Of a stretch of 32,000 bases of DNA, positions 8,365-17,327 are shown piece by piece. The notes beneath the pieces are model-generated. The model did no database searches and was not told the origin of the DNA. It worked only from the letters and a program-made list of their open reading frames with translations. The stretch lies in NCBI GenBank assembly GCA_048886185.1, contig JBHLKY010000007.1, positions 180,001-212,000 on the forward strand. Reading direction: 5' to 3'. The translations under genes and the position numbers were made by a program. The number at the start of each line of letters is the position of its first letter. Within the stretch, counting starts at the first letter, position 1. Origin of the DNA: Candidatus Hermodarchaeota archaeon. Lineage in GTDB: Archaea > Asgardarchaeota > Heimdallarchaeia > Hodarchaeales > Hodarchaeaceae.

Positions 8365-9711
8365 CTATACAGCAACTGAACTTGGTTGTACTGTTTTTGA
8401 TTTCGCCTTGTACTGTAAATTTGATTTATAATAGTAAATACCAAAATAAATCAATATTGCGCCAGCTATACCGACACCAAATGCAGTCGCAACTCCAATT
8501 ATTATACCAGATTTCTCAATGAAAACTCCTGATATTGGAAGTAGAAAAACTCCAAAAATTGAGATTAGACTTGGTATCAAAGAATAAACTGCATTTCGAT
8601 TTTCAGGTGGAATCATATCAATTAGGATTCTCTGGCGTAAAGTTGCCCCCAAGTCAAATAAAGTGGGAATTGCTCCATTCATTAAGAGAATTGTACCGAT
8701 GCATGCCAAAATATTTAATTCGTTGTTTAGAGGTGCTAGAGAAGTTAGTATAATAAATCCTGGAAAAAATATTAAAACGAATAAAAATGTTACGTGTGGT
8801 ACTTTATCACTAGTGAGTCGTCTGCTAACTTTTGCCGTATAAAGAGAAATTGGTACTCCAATGACAAAAACAATTGTACGAAGTAATGATGCTAGACTAT
8901 CTGAACCAGTATATCCAAAATAAATCGGAAATAACAGTAAATTCCCCCATATGGTAAAGGAAGAAAAGAAAATTGCAGATCCTATTATAAAGAAAAAAGC
9001 TGCCCTACTAGCAAAAAGAAACTTGATACCACCAACAAAATGTTTGAAATATGCATTTGAAGATTTATCTGGAGTTTCCGATAGGGTTCCTGTTTGGGCA
9101 TCTTTAATAAAACTAAGTATTAGAACTATCATGAAACCAGCCATAAATGCTTGTACCCAGAAGACAAATTGCCTAGATATATTGGTAGCCAAGGTTCCTC
9201 CTATCAAGAAAGCAAACGTTGAAGCTACTCTATTTGTTGTCACTATTCGGGCACGACTAAATCCATAAATCTTTCTTTCAGGATCAGCTTCTCCAACCAC
9301 TTTCTGATAATTATTGTCCAACCAAGCGTTAATTGCTCCTGAAGCTTGAGCATTTCCCAAACCATTAAAGAATGCAATTGTTAAAAAACTAGTAAACGAC
9401 TCTGCAAAAACTAGCATGAAAAAGGCGGCACTATAACAAGTATATGCAATGGCTAGAATCCAACGTTGTCCAAGCCAATCCCCAAGCGAACCACTAGGAT
9501 AATCTGTGATTAACTGGACAAGTAGCATGAAGGAGACTGTAAGGCTTGCTTGAGTAAAACCAATGTTATCAATTGTAAATAGGATGAAAAAAGTGTTTGA
9601 AAGAAGTAAAACAAATGTGTTAAGCATTTGAAAGACAAGAAATATATGAATAAATCGTTTTCCCATTATCGGGAGTTCAGTAATGCCCAAAAATTCGTTT
9701 AATAATCTCAT
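8365..9711 (-). CDS. MFS transporter
   Basis: About 12 TM segments, TDYPSGSLGDWLGQRWIL; paralog of 3122..4501. Confidence 0.9.
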   Translation of the reverse strand: MRLLNEFLGITELPIMGKRFIHIFLVFQMLNTFVLLLSNTFFILFTIDNIGFTQASLTVSFMLLVQLITDYPSGSLGDWLGQRWILAIAYTCYSAAFFMLVFAESFTSFLTIAFFNGLGNAQASGAINAWLDNNYQKVVGEADPERKIYGFSRARIVTTNRVASTFAFLIGGTLATNISRQFVFWVQAFMAGFMIVLILSFIKDAQTGTLSETPDKSSNAYFKHFVGGIKFLFASRAAFFFIIGSAIFFSSFTIWGNLLLFPIYFGYTGSDSLASLLRTIVFVIGVPISLYTAKVSRRLTSDKVPHVTFLFVLIFFPGFIILTSLAPLNNELNILACIGTILLMNGAIPTLFDLGATLRQRILIDMIPPENRNAVYSLIPSLISIFGVFLLPISGVFIEKSGIIIGVATAFGVGIAGAILIYFGIYYYKSNLQYKAKSKTVQPSSVAV

Positions 9712-9764
9712 TTTCTGTTCCCCATATCTTTTTCAGTGAATATGATTGTAAGGTGCATTTTTTA

Positions 9765-9814
9765 CCATTCAAATTATAATTGAATGGGTATCCATTCAAT
9801 TCTTATTAGAATGG
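9765..9814. promoter_or_regulatory. Two tandem CCATTC-N11-GAATGG operator palindromes
   Basis: CCATTCAA..TTGAATGG at 9765-9787 and CCATTCAA..TAGAATGG at 9792-9814 upstream of the MFS gene. Confidence 0.65.
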
Positions 9815-9945
9815 AAATAGATTTAAAAGATTTGGGTTGCGGTAATAAAGAATCCTTATAAACATGAAAATTAAACCAAAAAATGAATCGTACATAATTC
9901 AAAAACTATATTTGGAATAAAATCTTTATTAATATCATGTGTGAG

Positions 9946-9969
9946 CCATTCAACTTAACTTTTGAATGA
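9946..9969. promoter_or_regulatory. Third, degenerate copy of the operator (CCATTC-N12-GAATGA)
   Basis: CCATTCAActtaacttTTGAATGA about 40 nt upstream of the wHTH start at 10010. Confidence 0.5.
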
Positions 9970-10009
9970 TTTTACATTTTACATTGGTATCTTTAATAGG
10001 AAATAGATC

Positions 10010-10744
10010 ATGGTAGATCATCAAAATGAGTCATCAGTAGTCATTTGTCGGGGATCATTCAAAGATTGTCCAGAGTTATATTCTTTTCATGAAAATATGC
10101 CTAAATTCAAATTTATCGATACCCCCAAAGATACGAATGATTCTCATCCTGTACGGCCAGCTATCATGGCGATTCTTCGTGAAGGTGTTATTGATGCTGG
10201 TACCAATGATAATGAAAAACCACGTCAGCGTTATGCACTCAATGCTCGTGAAATTAAAAACTTATTAGGTAAGAATAGAAACTCGAAAATTAGCAAAATT
10301 AGTTACACTAACCTCTATTTCCACTTAAACACGCTTAAAGATGTTGGCCATATCAAAGTGGTAGCTGAAGTAATTGAACGGAATCATCGAATAGCTTATT
10401 ATGGGCGGACTGCTCGTGTTATCTTAATAAGTGATTCTGAAGCTGAAAAACAGAAATATAAGAAAATTTTTGGAGAACTTGGAAAGCTAGCTAAAACTCT
10501 TCAACCTGGAATCAAAATTGAGGGCCTTAGAACTCTACATAAAGATTTTCAAGCGTACAAATATACAAAAACGAAAGAAATGGCTCTTTGGCTTGCTGAA
10601 AATGAAGAAGTAATTCGAAAAGAAAAATTAGATATTTCTCTCCTCTTCAATGGTTTGAAAGTCCTTGACACGCTAGATCCTGAATATAGGATTCTGTTGG
10701 ATATTTTAATTAGGATTTTTCCAAAAGAATTGACTCAAGTTTAA
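10010..10744 (+). CDS. Winged-helix (ArsR-like) transcriptional regulator
   Basis: HPVRPAIMAIL..ALNAREIK..SYTNLYFHLNTLKDVGHIK..YYGRTAR; paralog of 262..960; divergent from MFS. Confidence 0.8.
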   Translation: MVDHQNESSVVICRGSFKDCPELYSFHENMPKFKFIDTPKDTNDSHPVRPAIMAILREGVIDAGTNDNEKPRQRYALNAREIKNLLGKNRNSKISKISYTNLYFHLNTLKDVGHIKVVAEVIERNHRIAYYGRTARVILISDSEAEKQKYKKIFGELGKLAKTLQPGIKIEGLRTLHKDFQAYKYTKTKEMALWLAENEEVIRKEKLDISLLFNGLKVLDTLDPEYRILLDILIRIFPKELTQV

Positions 10745-10876
10745 CAAAAACATGAATAACTCCACGATAGGAATTTTTTTACCTTATTAATGATTTTAGA
10801 ATATATTATCTAGCTATACTTTTATGTGCCATTAAATACTGAATAAAAACAGTCTATAGAAATATCGTCTTTTCTT

Positions 10877-11290
10877 TTGAACCTAAAGGAAATAAAAAGT
10901 GTAAATAATATGGATAAAAGGAATGAGCTTCATCAAGAAATTACATTAACTGAGGCTGAAATGAATCAGTTAGCAGATCGTGCTCTTATCCTTTTGTCCT
11001 TTAAAGATACTGACACCCAAAATCTTAGGTTCATTTTAAATCTATTAGGAATTCGTACTCCTAAAGAGAAGAAGGCAATTTTAAAAGAGATTTTCCGCCT
11101 TATCAGAAAGGGTATTGTCTATATTCCCGCGGGGTTGCCTCAATTGGTTGATTCTGGATCTCATTTCAATATTGATGATCTCCAAGACATTGACAACATT
11201 AATCTATGTCTTTTATGTCCATATGATAAGTTAATTCTTGAAATCCAGAAGGAAATCGCAAAAATAAGAGAAAAATCTACTGAACAATAA
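10877..11290 (+). CDS. Uncharacterised protein, paralog of 7492..7872 (start may be ATG 10910)
   Basis: Shared DRALILLSFKDT..FRLIRKGIVYIPAGLPQL..LCLLC core. Confidence 0.8.
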   Translation: MNLKEIKSVNNMDKRNELHQEITLTEAEMNQLADRALILLSFKDTDTQNLRFILNLLGIRTPKEKKAILKEIFRLIRKGIVYIPAGLPQLVDSGSHFNIDDLQDIDNINLCLLCPYDKLILEIQKEIAKIREKSTEQ

Positions 11291-11362
11291 AGACATATAT
11301 CCAGAATTTCTTCGGTATATTTTTAAGATGAAATCATCTTCATTTTGATGTTTTTATAGATA

Positions 11363-12142
11363 GTGATTTTAATGGAAGAGTACCGCAAATTTCTCAAAGC
11401 TCATGATTGGGATGAAACTCCAGATTTAAGATCTGACCAGCAGAAAAAAGTACCACCACCTCCATTTCAGAAACCGTGTCCAGAAATAAGTGTAATTATT
11501 GACTTGATTTCCCCAGTGAAGCTCACATTGAGGACTATATCTTTGTTTACAGCAGTTAAAAATCGAAAAAGTCGTCGAAGCTTCACAAACGAGCCATTAT
11601 CCTTAGAAGAACTATCTTTTTTACTTTGGGTTACTCAGGGAGTTAGGGAAATTGATTTAGATCAGCGTCATGGAAATATTAAAACTACAAAACGCACAGT
11701 CCCCTCAGGTGGCTCACGACATCCTTATGAGACCTATTTAGCAATAATTCGAGTTAGTGGCATTCAATCAGGAATATATCGATATCTCGCAATAGAGCAT
11801 AAGCTTTGCTTGATCTCTCTCGCGAACTCTGACCTTCCTGAAAAATTAACTGAATCGTGTCATAATCAAAAATTTGCGGGTAGGGCAGCTGTTGTATTCA
11901 TCTGGGCTGTGATTCCATACCGAATAGAGTGGCGTTATAGTATTGCTGCTCATAAGGGTATTGCTATAGAGGCTGGGCACATCTGTCAAAATCTATATCT
12001 TGCTTGTGAAGCAATTAATGCTGGAACTTGTGCAATAGCAGCGTATGATCAGAAAAAAATAGACTCTATTATTGGTGTTGACGGAGAGGATGAATTTACT
12101 GTTTATATAGCTCCTGTAGGAAAAATTAAACAACATAAATGA
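11363..12142 (+). CDS. SagB/ThcOx-like nitroreductase-fold FMN enzyme
   Basis: RKSRRSF, LSLEELSFLLW, RTVPSGGSRHPYETY, GIYRY, EAGHICQNLYLACEA, GTCAIAAY. Confidence 0.9.
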   Translation: MILMEEYRKFLKAHDWDETPDLRSDQQKKVPPPPFQKPCPEISVIIDLISPVKLTLRTISLFTAVKNRKSRRSFTNEPLSLEELSFLLWVTQGVREIDLDQRHGNIKTTKRTVPSGGSRHPYETYLAIIRVSGIQSGIYRYLAIEHKLCLISLANSDLPEKLTESCHNQKFAGRAAVVFIWAVIPYRIEWRYSIAAHKGIAIEAGHICQNLYLACEAINAGTCAIAAYDQKKIDSIIGVDGEDEFTVYIAPVGKIKQHK

Positions 12143-12160
12143 GGCAGACTAGTTGCGATT

Positions 12161-12400
12161 TTAATGAAGGTCAGTTGATTTTTTGATTTTTCTTTTGAAG
12201 AATACTAGAGAACTAAATAAGATTATTATTATGGGTAAATGATAAAAGGGAGTTATTTTTGATTGAGATGTTAAATTTTTAGAAGTGATAAGTATTTGAT
12301 ATGAAGTAGATGAGCTAGCAATGGTTGTTGGGGGTATATCCGAGGTTTTTGGAGGAATATAACCTACTGCTGGGATCCATCCAAAGTATTGCTTAAGTTT
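12161..12400 (-). pseudogene. Possible orphan C-terminal tail of a surface protein (S/T/P linker + TM + basic end)
   Basis: PPKTSDIPPTTIASSSTS..TPFYHLPIIIILFSSLVFFKRKIKK; the upstream part of the frame is antisense to the deacylase gene. Confidence 0.3.
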
Positions 12401-12431
12401 TATAATAATCTTCTTTCTAAACACTTTCCCT

Positions 12432-14060
12432 ATGGTGAGAAAAATCGACAAATATGATTTGATTATTCGTAATGGAACGATATATAACGGAAGTGGAAAT
12501 CCTCCATTCCTTGGAGACATCGCTGTCAATAATGATCGGATCGCTATTATCGGATCCGTGGATCAAGGTTCTGCAAGGCTTGAAGTTAATGGTACAAACT
12601 TAGCAGTTGCTCCTGGATTCATCAATATGCTCAGTTGGGCTACTGACTCTTTGATTGAGGATGGTCGATCTTGCAGTGATCTGATGCAAGGGGTTACTCT
12701 TGAAGTTTTTGGGGAGGGATGGTCAATGGGACCATTAAATGAACCTATGAAGCAAGAGATGGTTGAACGGCAAGGGGACATTAAATACGATATTTCTTGG
12801 ACAACTTTAGCAGAATATTTGGATTTCTTAGAAACCAAAGGAGTTTCACCCAATATTGCTTCTTTTATTGGAGCTACCACAGTCCGAATTCATACACTGG
12901 GGTATGAAGATCGTGAACCGACTCCTGAAGAAATGGATCAGATGAAACGATTAGTCAACCAGGCTATGCAAGAGGGAGCTCTTGGTGTTGCTTCTGCCTT
13001 AATTTATCCACCCGCGTTTTATGCTACTACTGAAGAATTAATAGAATTGTGTAAAATTGCAGCCAAATATGATGGATTATACATTAGCCATCTTCGTAGT
13101 GAGGGAGCCCAATTTCTTGAGGCTCTTGATGAATTTATAGCTATTGTAAAAGCATCAAATGTTCGTGGTGAAATCTATCATTTCAAGGCTGCGGGGAAAA
13201 ATAACTGGCGCAAACTTGATTTAGCCATTCAGAAAATAGATAATGCGAGAAATTCCGGGCTTCAGATCACTACAGATTGTTATACGTACACTGCTGCATC
13301 CACTGGATTAAACACATTGATCCCTCCTTGGGCTCATGAGGGAGGATATAAAGAACTGATTAAACGTTTGAAAAATCCAAAAAAGCGGAAGCAAATCATT
13401 GAAGAAATCCTAACTCCCACAAATAAGTGGGAAAATCTTTATTTAGAAACTGGTCCAGAAAGAATTCTTCTTGTATCGTTTAAATCTGAAAAGCTTAAAC
13501 CATTAACCGGTAAAACGCTAGCAAATATAGCAGAAGATTATAAGAAAGCTCCTCTTGAAACGGTAATGGATTTAATTATAGAAGATGAAAGTCGAATAGG
13601 AACAGTTTATTTTATGATGTCTGAAGAGAATGTGAGGAAGAAAATACAGATTCCATACATGTCATTTGGGTCTGATGGAGGTTCATTAGCTCCAGAAGGA
13701 AATTTCTTGAAATCAAATCCCCACCCGAGATCGTACGGGAATGTTGCGAGATTACTCGGAAAATATAGTCGTGAGGAAAAGATTATATCATTGGAAGATG
13801 TTATTAGAAAATTAACTTCACTACCAGCCGATAATTTGAAGATCAAAAATAGGGGAGCCCTGAAAAAAGGGTATTATGCTGATATCGTTGTCTTTGATCC
13901 ATTGAAGATAATAGATCACGCAACTTATGAAAATCCCCATCAATATGCTTCAGGGATGATTCATGTATTTGTTAATGGTGTTCAAGTGTTAAAAAATGGT
14001 GAACACACTAATGCCACTCCCGGAAGAGTAGTCAGAGGGCCCGGTTGGAAAGATGATTAA
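12432..14060 (+). CDS. N-acyl-D-amino-acid deacylase (D-aminoacylase) family amidohydrolase
   Basis: DLIIRNGTIYNGSG, VAPGFI, QGVTLEV, YISHLRSE, IYHFK, GSDG, HPRSYG, KLTSLPA, GYYADIVVFD, HVFVNG. Confidence 0.9.
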   Translation: MVRKIDKYDLIIRNGTIYNGSGNPPFLGDIAVNNDRIAIIGSVDQGSARLEVNGTNLAVAPGFINMLSWATDSLIEDGRSCSDLMQGVTLEVFGEGWSMGPLNEPMKQEMVERQGDIKYDISWTTLAEYLDFLETKGVSPNIASFIGATTVRIHTLGYEDREPTPEEMDQMKRLVNQAMQEGALGVASALIYPPAFYATTEELIELCKIAAKYDGLYISHLRSEGAQFLEALDEFIAIVKASNVRGEIYHFKAAGKNNWRKLDLAIQKIDNARNSGLQITTDCYTYTAASTGLNTLIPPWAHEGGYKELIKRLKNPKKRKQIIEEILTPTNKWENLYLETGPERILLVSFKSEKLKPLTGKTLANIAEDYKKAPLETVMDLIIEDESRIGTVYFMMSEENVRKKIQIPYMSFGSDGGSLAPEGNFLKSNPHPRSYGNVARLLGKYSREEKIISLEDVIRKLTSLPADNLKIKNRGALKKGYYADIVVFDPLKIIDHATYENPHQYASGMIHVFVNGVQVLKNGEHTNATPGRVVRGPGWKDD

Positions 14061-14099
14061 GTGTACAGTACGATATCCTGAAGAAACAATTTGAATGAC

Positions 14100-14402
14100 T
14101 CATTCAGTTACAGCATCAAAGTACGTTCGAGGACGGCCTCGGTGTTTACGATCCTCAGAGTAATCTTTCACATACCCCTTGACCGTCAGTCGCATTAAAC
14201 TATCATATAGTGTTGAACGTGCGATTCCAGTAATTTTTGTCAGTCCACTTCGTGTTATAGGCCCTTCAGCTCTAACAATATCTAAGATTTTCCGATCTAT
14301 CTCATGGATAATAGCTGGTCGTTCTTTTACTTTCGAATCTGTTAATTTTGAAGAAGATAGATCCTTTCTTTCTACAATTTTCATCATTTGATTGCTTGAC
14401 AT
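14100..14402 (-). CDS. Small TrmB/MarR-like winged-helix protein
   Basis: ILDIVRAEGPITRSGLTKITGIARSTLYDSLMRLTVKGYV..GRPRTYF. Confidence 0.85.
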   Translation of the reverse strand: MSSNQMMKIVERKDLSSSKLTDSKVKERPAIIHEIDRKILDIVRAEGPITRSGLTKITGIARSTLYDSLMRLTVKGYVKDYSEDRKHRGRPRTYFDAVTE

Positions 14403-14418
14403 TCATAACAACCTATAT

Positions 14419-14532
14419 TTTTCATGATGAAAATGAGATTGTGAATATTACAAATAGTATAAAGATGTTCGAAAATGCCATTTTCCTAGTGAATCTGTCA
14501 TAATTCATAGAATATGAAAGGTTCATCATGAA
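14419..14532. promoter_or_regulatory. TTCAT..ATGAA palindromes in a divergent promoter region
   Basis: TTTTCATGATGAAAA 14419-14433 (perfect arms), TTCATAgaaTATGAA 14504-14518, TTCATcATGAA 14522-14532. Confidence 0.45.
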
Positions 14533-14613
14533 AAATGACATCAAAGCTTACCTTCCACAATCAAAACTCTTATATATTTGGTAAATCTTACCTTTATACG
14601 GTAAGACTAAAAT

Positions 14614-15111
14614 ATGCAAAGACCTGATTTTCTCTCGGATTATGAGTTTGAGGTACTACGGCTAACTAACGAAGGAAAAAATGCCGACGAAATCGCACAA
14701 TTATTGAAAAGGAAGAATGCTGGTAGTATCTATAAAACAAGAGTAGTAGTCTGGAGGAAAATCGAGGAACAGTTGAAGAATATTGCTAAGAGTCTACGAT
14801 TAGATCCTGATCTGACTCGGATGCCTAAAAATTCTGGATTGCTAGTTTCTTACGATTGGACCAATGATACGAAGGTATATATCATTTTTACAACTGATGA
14901 AGGAATTTTAGCTTGGTATGAGCATCACTGTTCTAATAAATGCCAACCTAAGTGTCAACAGACTCTTGATCTGATTATAAGAGAACGAAATATTGTATTA
15001 AGCAAAGAACAGACTTCTTTACCTATTCTCGAACAATTTCGTTTCGTTTTTTCAGAGATTCAGGTGAAAGGATGGGTGATACAGCAATCCAAGGTTCACA
15101 AAGGTGATTGA
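14614..15111 (+). CDS. LuxR/sigma70-r4-like HTH regulator with a His/Cys-rich C-terminal domain
   Basis: LSDYEFEVLRLTNEGKNADEIAQLL N-terminus; WYEHHCSNKCQPKC; overlaps the start region of the next gene. Confidence 0.65.
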   Translation: MQRPDFLSDYEFEVLRLTNEGKNADEIAQLLKRKNAGSIYKTRVVVWRKIEEQLKNIAKSLRLDPDLTRMPKNSGLLVSYDWTNDTKVYIIFTTDEGILAWYEHHCSNKCQPKCQQTLDLIIRERNIVLSKEQTSLPILEQFRFVFSEIQVKGWVIQQSKVHKGD

Positions 15112-15784
15112 CATCATGAATGAAACATCTCAAGTTAAAATTATAAAAGGAGAAGGAACATATCCAACACCTGAAGTACGTCGAATCTATCCATCACGAG
15201 CTCTTCTGTGGAAATTTTATCTCACTACATTCCTCATTTGGATTATAGTAAGTATAGGATTTATCCTACTCGGATGGTTTGTACAGTTTGTGATGGACGA
15301 ACCTAAACCCACGAATTTCCAAAATCTGTTTATAATGATCTATTGGGCTATAAGTATTGCTATTATACTCCCTTCAATAATTCTTTTACCATTATATGTT
15401 AATAGAATGGAGTATATAGTTCATGGTAACGAAGTGATTGTTAAAAAAGGATTAATCAATAAAACAGTCAAGTATTGTCCTTATCGAACGGTTACTAATA
15501 TCTCAACAACTGCTGGACCTTTCGATCGTCTTTTTGGTATAGGGTGTGTTAATATTCAAACTGCAGGTAAGGGTGGGGCAACTGGTCCTGAAGAAAAGTT
15601 GGAAGGCTTACCACTATATCATGAAATTCGTGATTATATTCTAAGACAGCTTCGAATCTATTATACAGCTATCTCGGGAGAATTAATACCTACCGCCAAA
15701 GAAACAGATTTATTAACAATACAACGAGAGATAATCAACGAATTGAGAGAGATAAAACAATTATTGAAAAATGAAAAGAATTAG
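15104..15784 (+). CDS. bPH_2 (YdbS/DUF304-like) PH-domain membrane protein 1 (start probably ATG 15116)
   Basis: Two TM helices then Y.V..NEVIVKKGLINKTVKYCPYRTVTNIS..GPFDRLFGIGCVNIQTAG. Confidence 0.85.
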   Translation: MIDIMNETSQVKIIKGEGTYPTPEVRRIYPSRALLWKFYLTTFLIWIIVSIGFILLGWFVQFVMDEPKPTNFQNLFIMIYWAISIAIILPSIILLPLYVNRMEYIVHGNEVIVKKGLINKTVKYCPYRTVTNISTTAGPFDRLFGIGCVNIQTAGKGGATGPEEKLEGLPLYHEIRDYILRQLRIYYTAISGELIPTAKETDLLTIQREIINELREIKQLLKNEKN

Positions 15785-15792
15785 GTGGTTAA

Positions 15793-16470
15793 ATGGTGAA
15801 AGAAAATACAATTCAAAATGGAAAACCATTCTATCCTGTTTCTGCATTCAGGAACAAATTATTCTTGTATATTATAACAACATTCGTTGCTATAACAGGC
15901 GTAATTATAACTTTTGGAGGAATAATTACATTTTTTGTGAGTCTAGATAATGATTCATCTGAGGATAACTTTGGAAAATGGCTAGTAGAATACAGTCAAG
16001 ATCTCATATTATTGTATTTAATCATCAGTATGATGTTGATGCTTCTTACTGCTATCTTAGTGGTATATTACGTACGAAATATAGAATATATTATTGATGA
16101 CACTGAAGTTATAGTCAAAAAAGGAATCATCAATAAAACTATAACACATGTCCCGTTCAGAACGATTACCAATGTTAGCTCTCGCTACGGACTCTATGAT
16201 CGAGTTTTTGGAATAGGTACCTGTGAAATAGAAACCGCAGGAAAGTCAGGACAACAAACTGGTCCTGAAGAGAAAATTGAAGGGATAGTTAATTTTAAGG
16301 AAGTAAGGGACGTAATTCTGAAGGAACTTCGTAGGTTTCGGGGACAATATGCAACTACGACTGAATTTGAACATCCAGATTACCCAGAGGAGTCAATCGG
16401 AGATATTGTCCTTCAGAAGGAGATTCTCGACGAACTACGTCATATAAAAGAGATTCTCTCTAAAAGATAA
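15793..16470 (+). CDS. bPH_2 PH-domain membrane protein 2
   Basis: Two TM helices then EVIVKKGIINKTITHVPFRTITNVS..YDRVFGIGTCEIETAG. Confidence 0.85.
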   Translation: MVKENTIQNGKPFYPVSAFRNKLFLYIITTFVAITGVIITFGGIITFFVSLDNDSSEDNFGKWLVEYSQDLILLYLIISMMLMLLTAILVVYYVRNIEYIIDDTEVIVKKGIINKTITHVPFRTITNVSSRYGLYDRVFGIGTCEIETAGKSGQQTGPEEKIEGIVNFKEVRDVILKELRRFRGQYATTTEFEHPDYPEESIGDIVLQKEILDELRHIKEILSKR

Positions 16471-16481
16471 TTGATTGTTAG

Positions 16482-17159
16482 GTGATGAAAAATATGTATT
16501 CTGAAGAAATTGTAAAAGGAAAACCTTTTTATCCGCTTTCTGCTTTACGAAACAAGTTTATTCTTTATATATTGACCGCTTTCGTAATAATCACAGCAGT
16601 TATTGTGGGATTTGCTTTATTCATAGGATTTATGGGTGGATTTGACAGTGATCCCTCTGGGGATGATTTTGGACGTTGGATTTCAGCTTCTTGGCCAACA
16701 ATTTTACTAGTTTATCTTCTTATATGGTTTATATTGATTCCAATTCTTATTGTCTTGGTAGATTATTACGTAAGAACAATGGAATTTACGATTCTTGACA
16801 ATGAGGTTATCGTAAAGAAAGGAGTGATCAATAAAGAGGTAAAACACATCCCATTCCGCACTATTACAAATGTTAGCTCTCGCTACGGGCTCTATGATCG
16901 AATCTTCGGTATTGGTACCTGTGAAATAGAAACTGCTGGGAAATCAGGACAACAAATGGGTCCTGAAGCCAAGATTGAAGGAATAAATAATTTTGTGGAA
17001 ATCAGGGATCTCATTTTAAAAATACTTCGCCAATTTCGTGGTCAATATGCTACAACAACAGAACTAGAACCATCTTCTACATTACCACCCTTACAAAAAG
17101 GATTTCATGGAGAAATGCTAGCTGAATTGCGGGAAATAAAGAGGATCCTTACTGATTAG
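16482..17159 (+). CDS. bPH_2 PH-domain membrane protein 3 (start possibly ATG 16494)
   Basis: Two TM helices then EVIVKKGVINKEVKHIPFRTITNVS..YDRIFGIGTCEIETAG. Confidence 0.85.
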   Translation: MMKNMYSEEIVKGKPFYPLSALRNKFILYILTAFVIITAVIVGFALFIGFMGGFDSDPSGDDFGRWISASWPTILLVYLLIWFILIPILIVLVDYYVRTMEFTILDNEVIVKKGVINKEVKHIPFRTITNVSSRYGLYDRIFGIGTCEIETAGKSGQQMGPEAKIEGINNFVEIRDLILKILRQFRGQYATTTELEPSSTLPPLQKGFHGEMLAELREIKRILTD

Positions 17160-17327
17160 TTGGACTCTCCACTACATTCCGCATTAATTCTCTTTAAAAA
17201 TTAAAGATTTAAAACCTGAATAGAAAACCAAGAGTACTCAAATTCACCTTTATGATATTGTTATATGGTAGATTAACGAAAAAGGTTGATTCTCTCAAAT
17301 AATGATAGTATAATTGGAGTGTAACAT

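Noticed and set aside
11363-12142. RiPP (TOMM/azole) cluster implied by the SagB-like enzyme
   Set aside because: No YcaO, E1-like partner or Cys/Ser/Thr-rich precursor nearby; stand-alone homologs are common nitroreductase-fold enzymes
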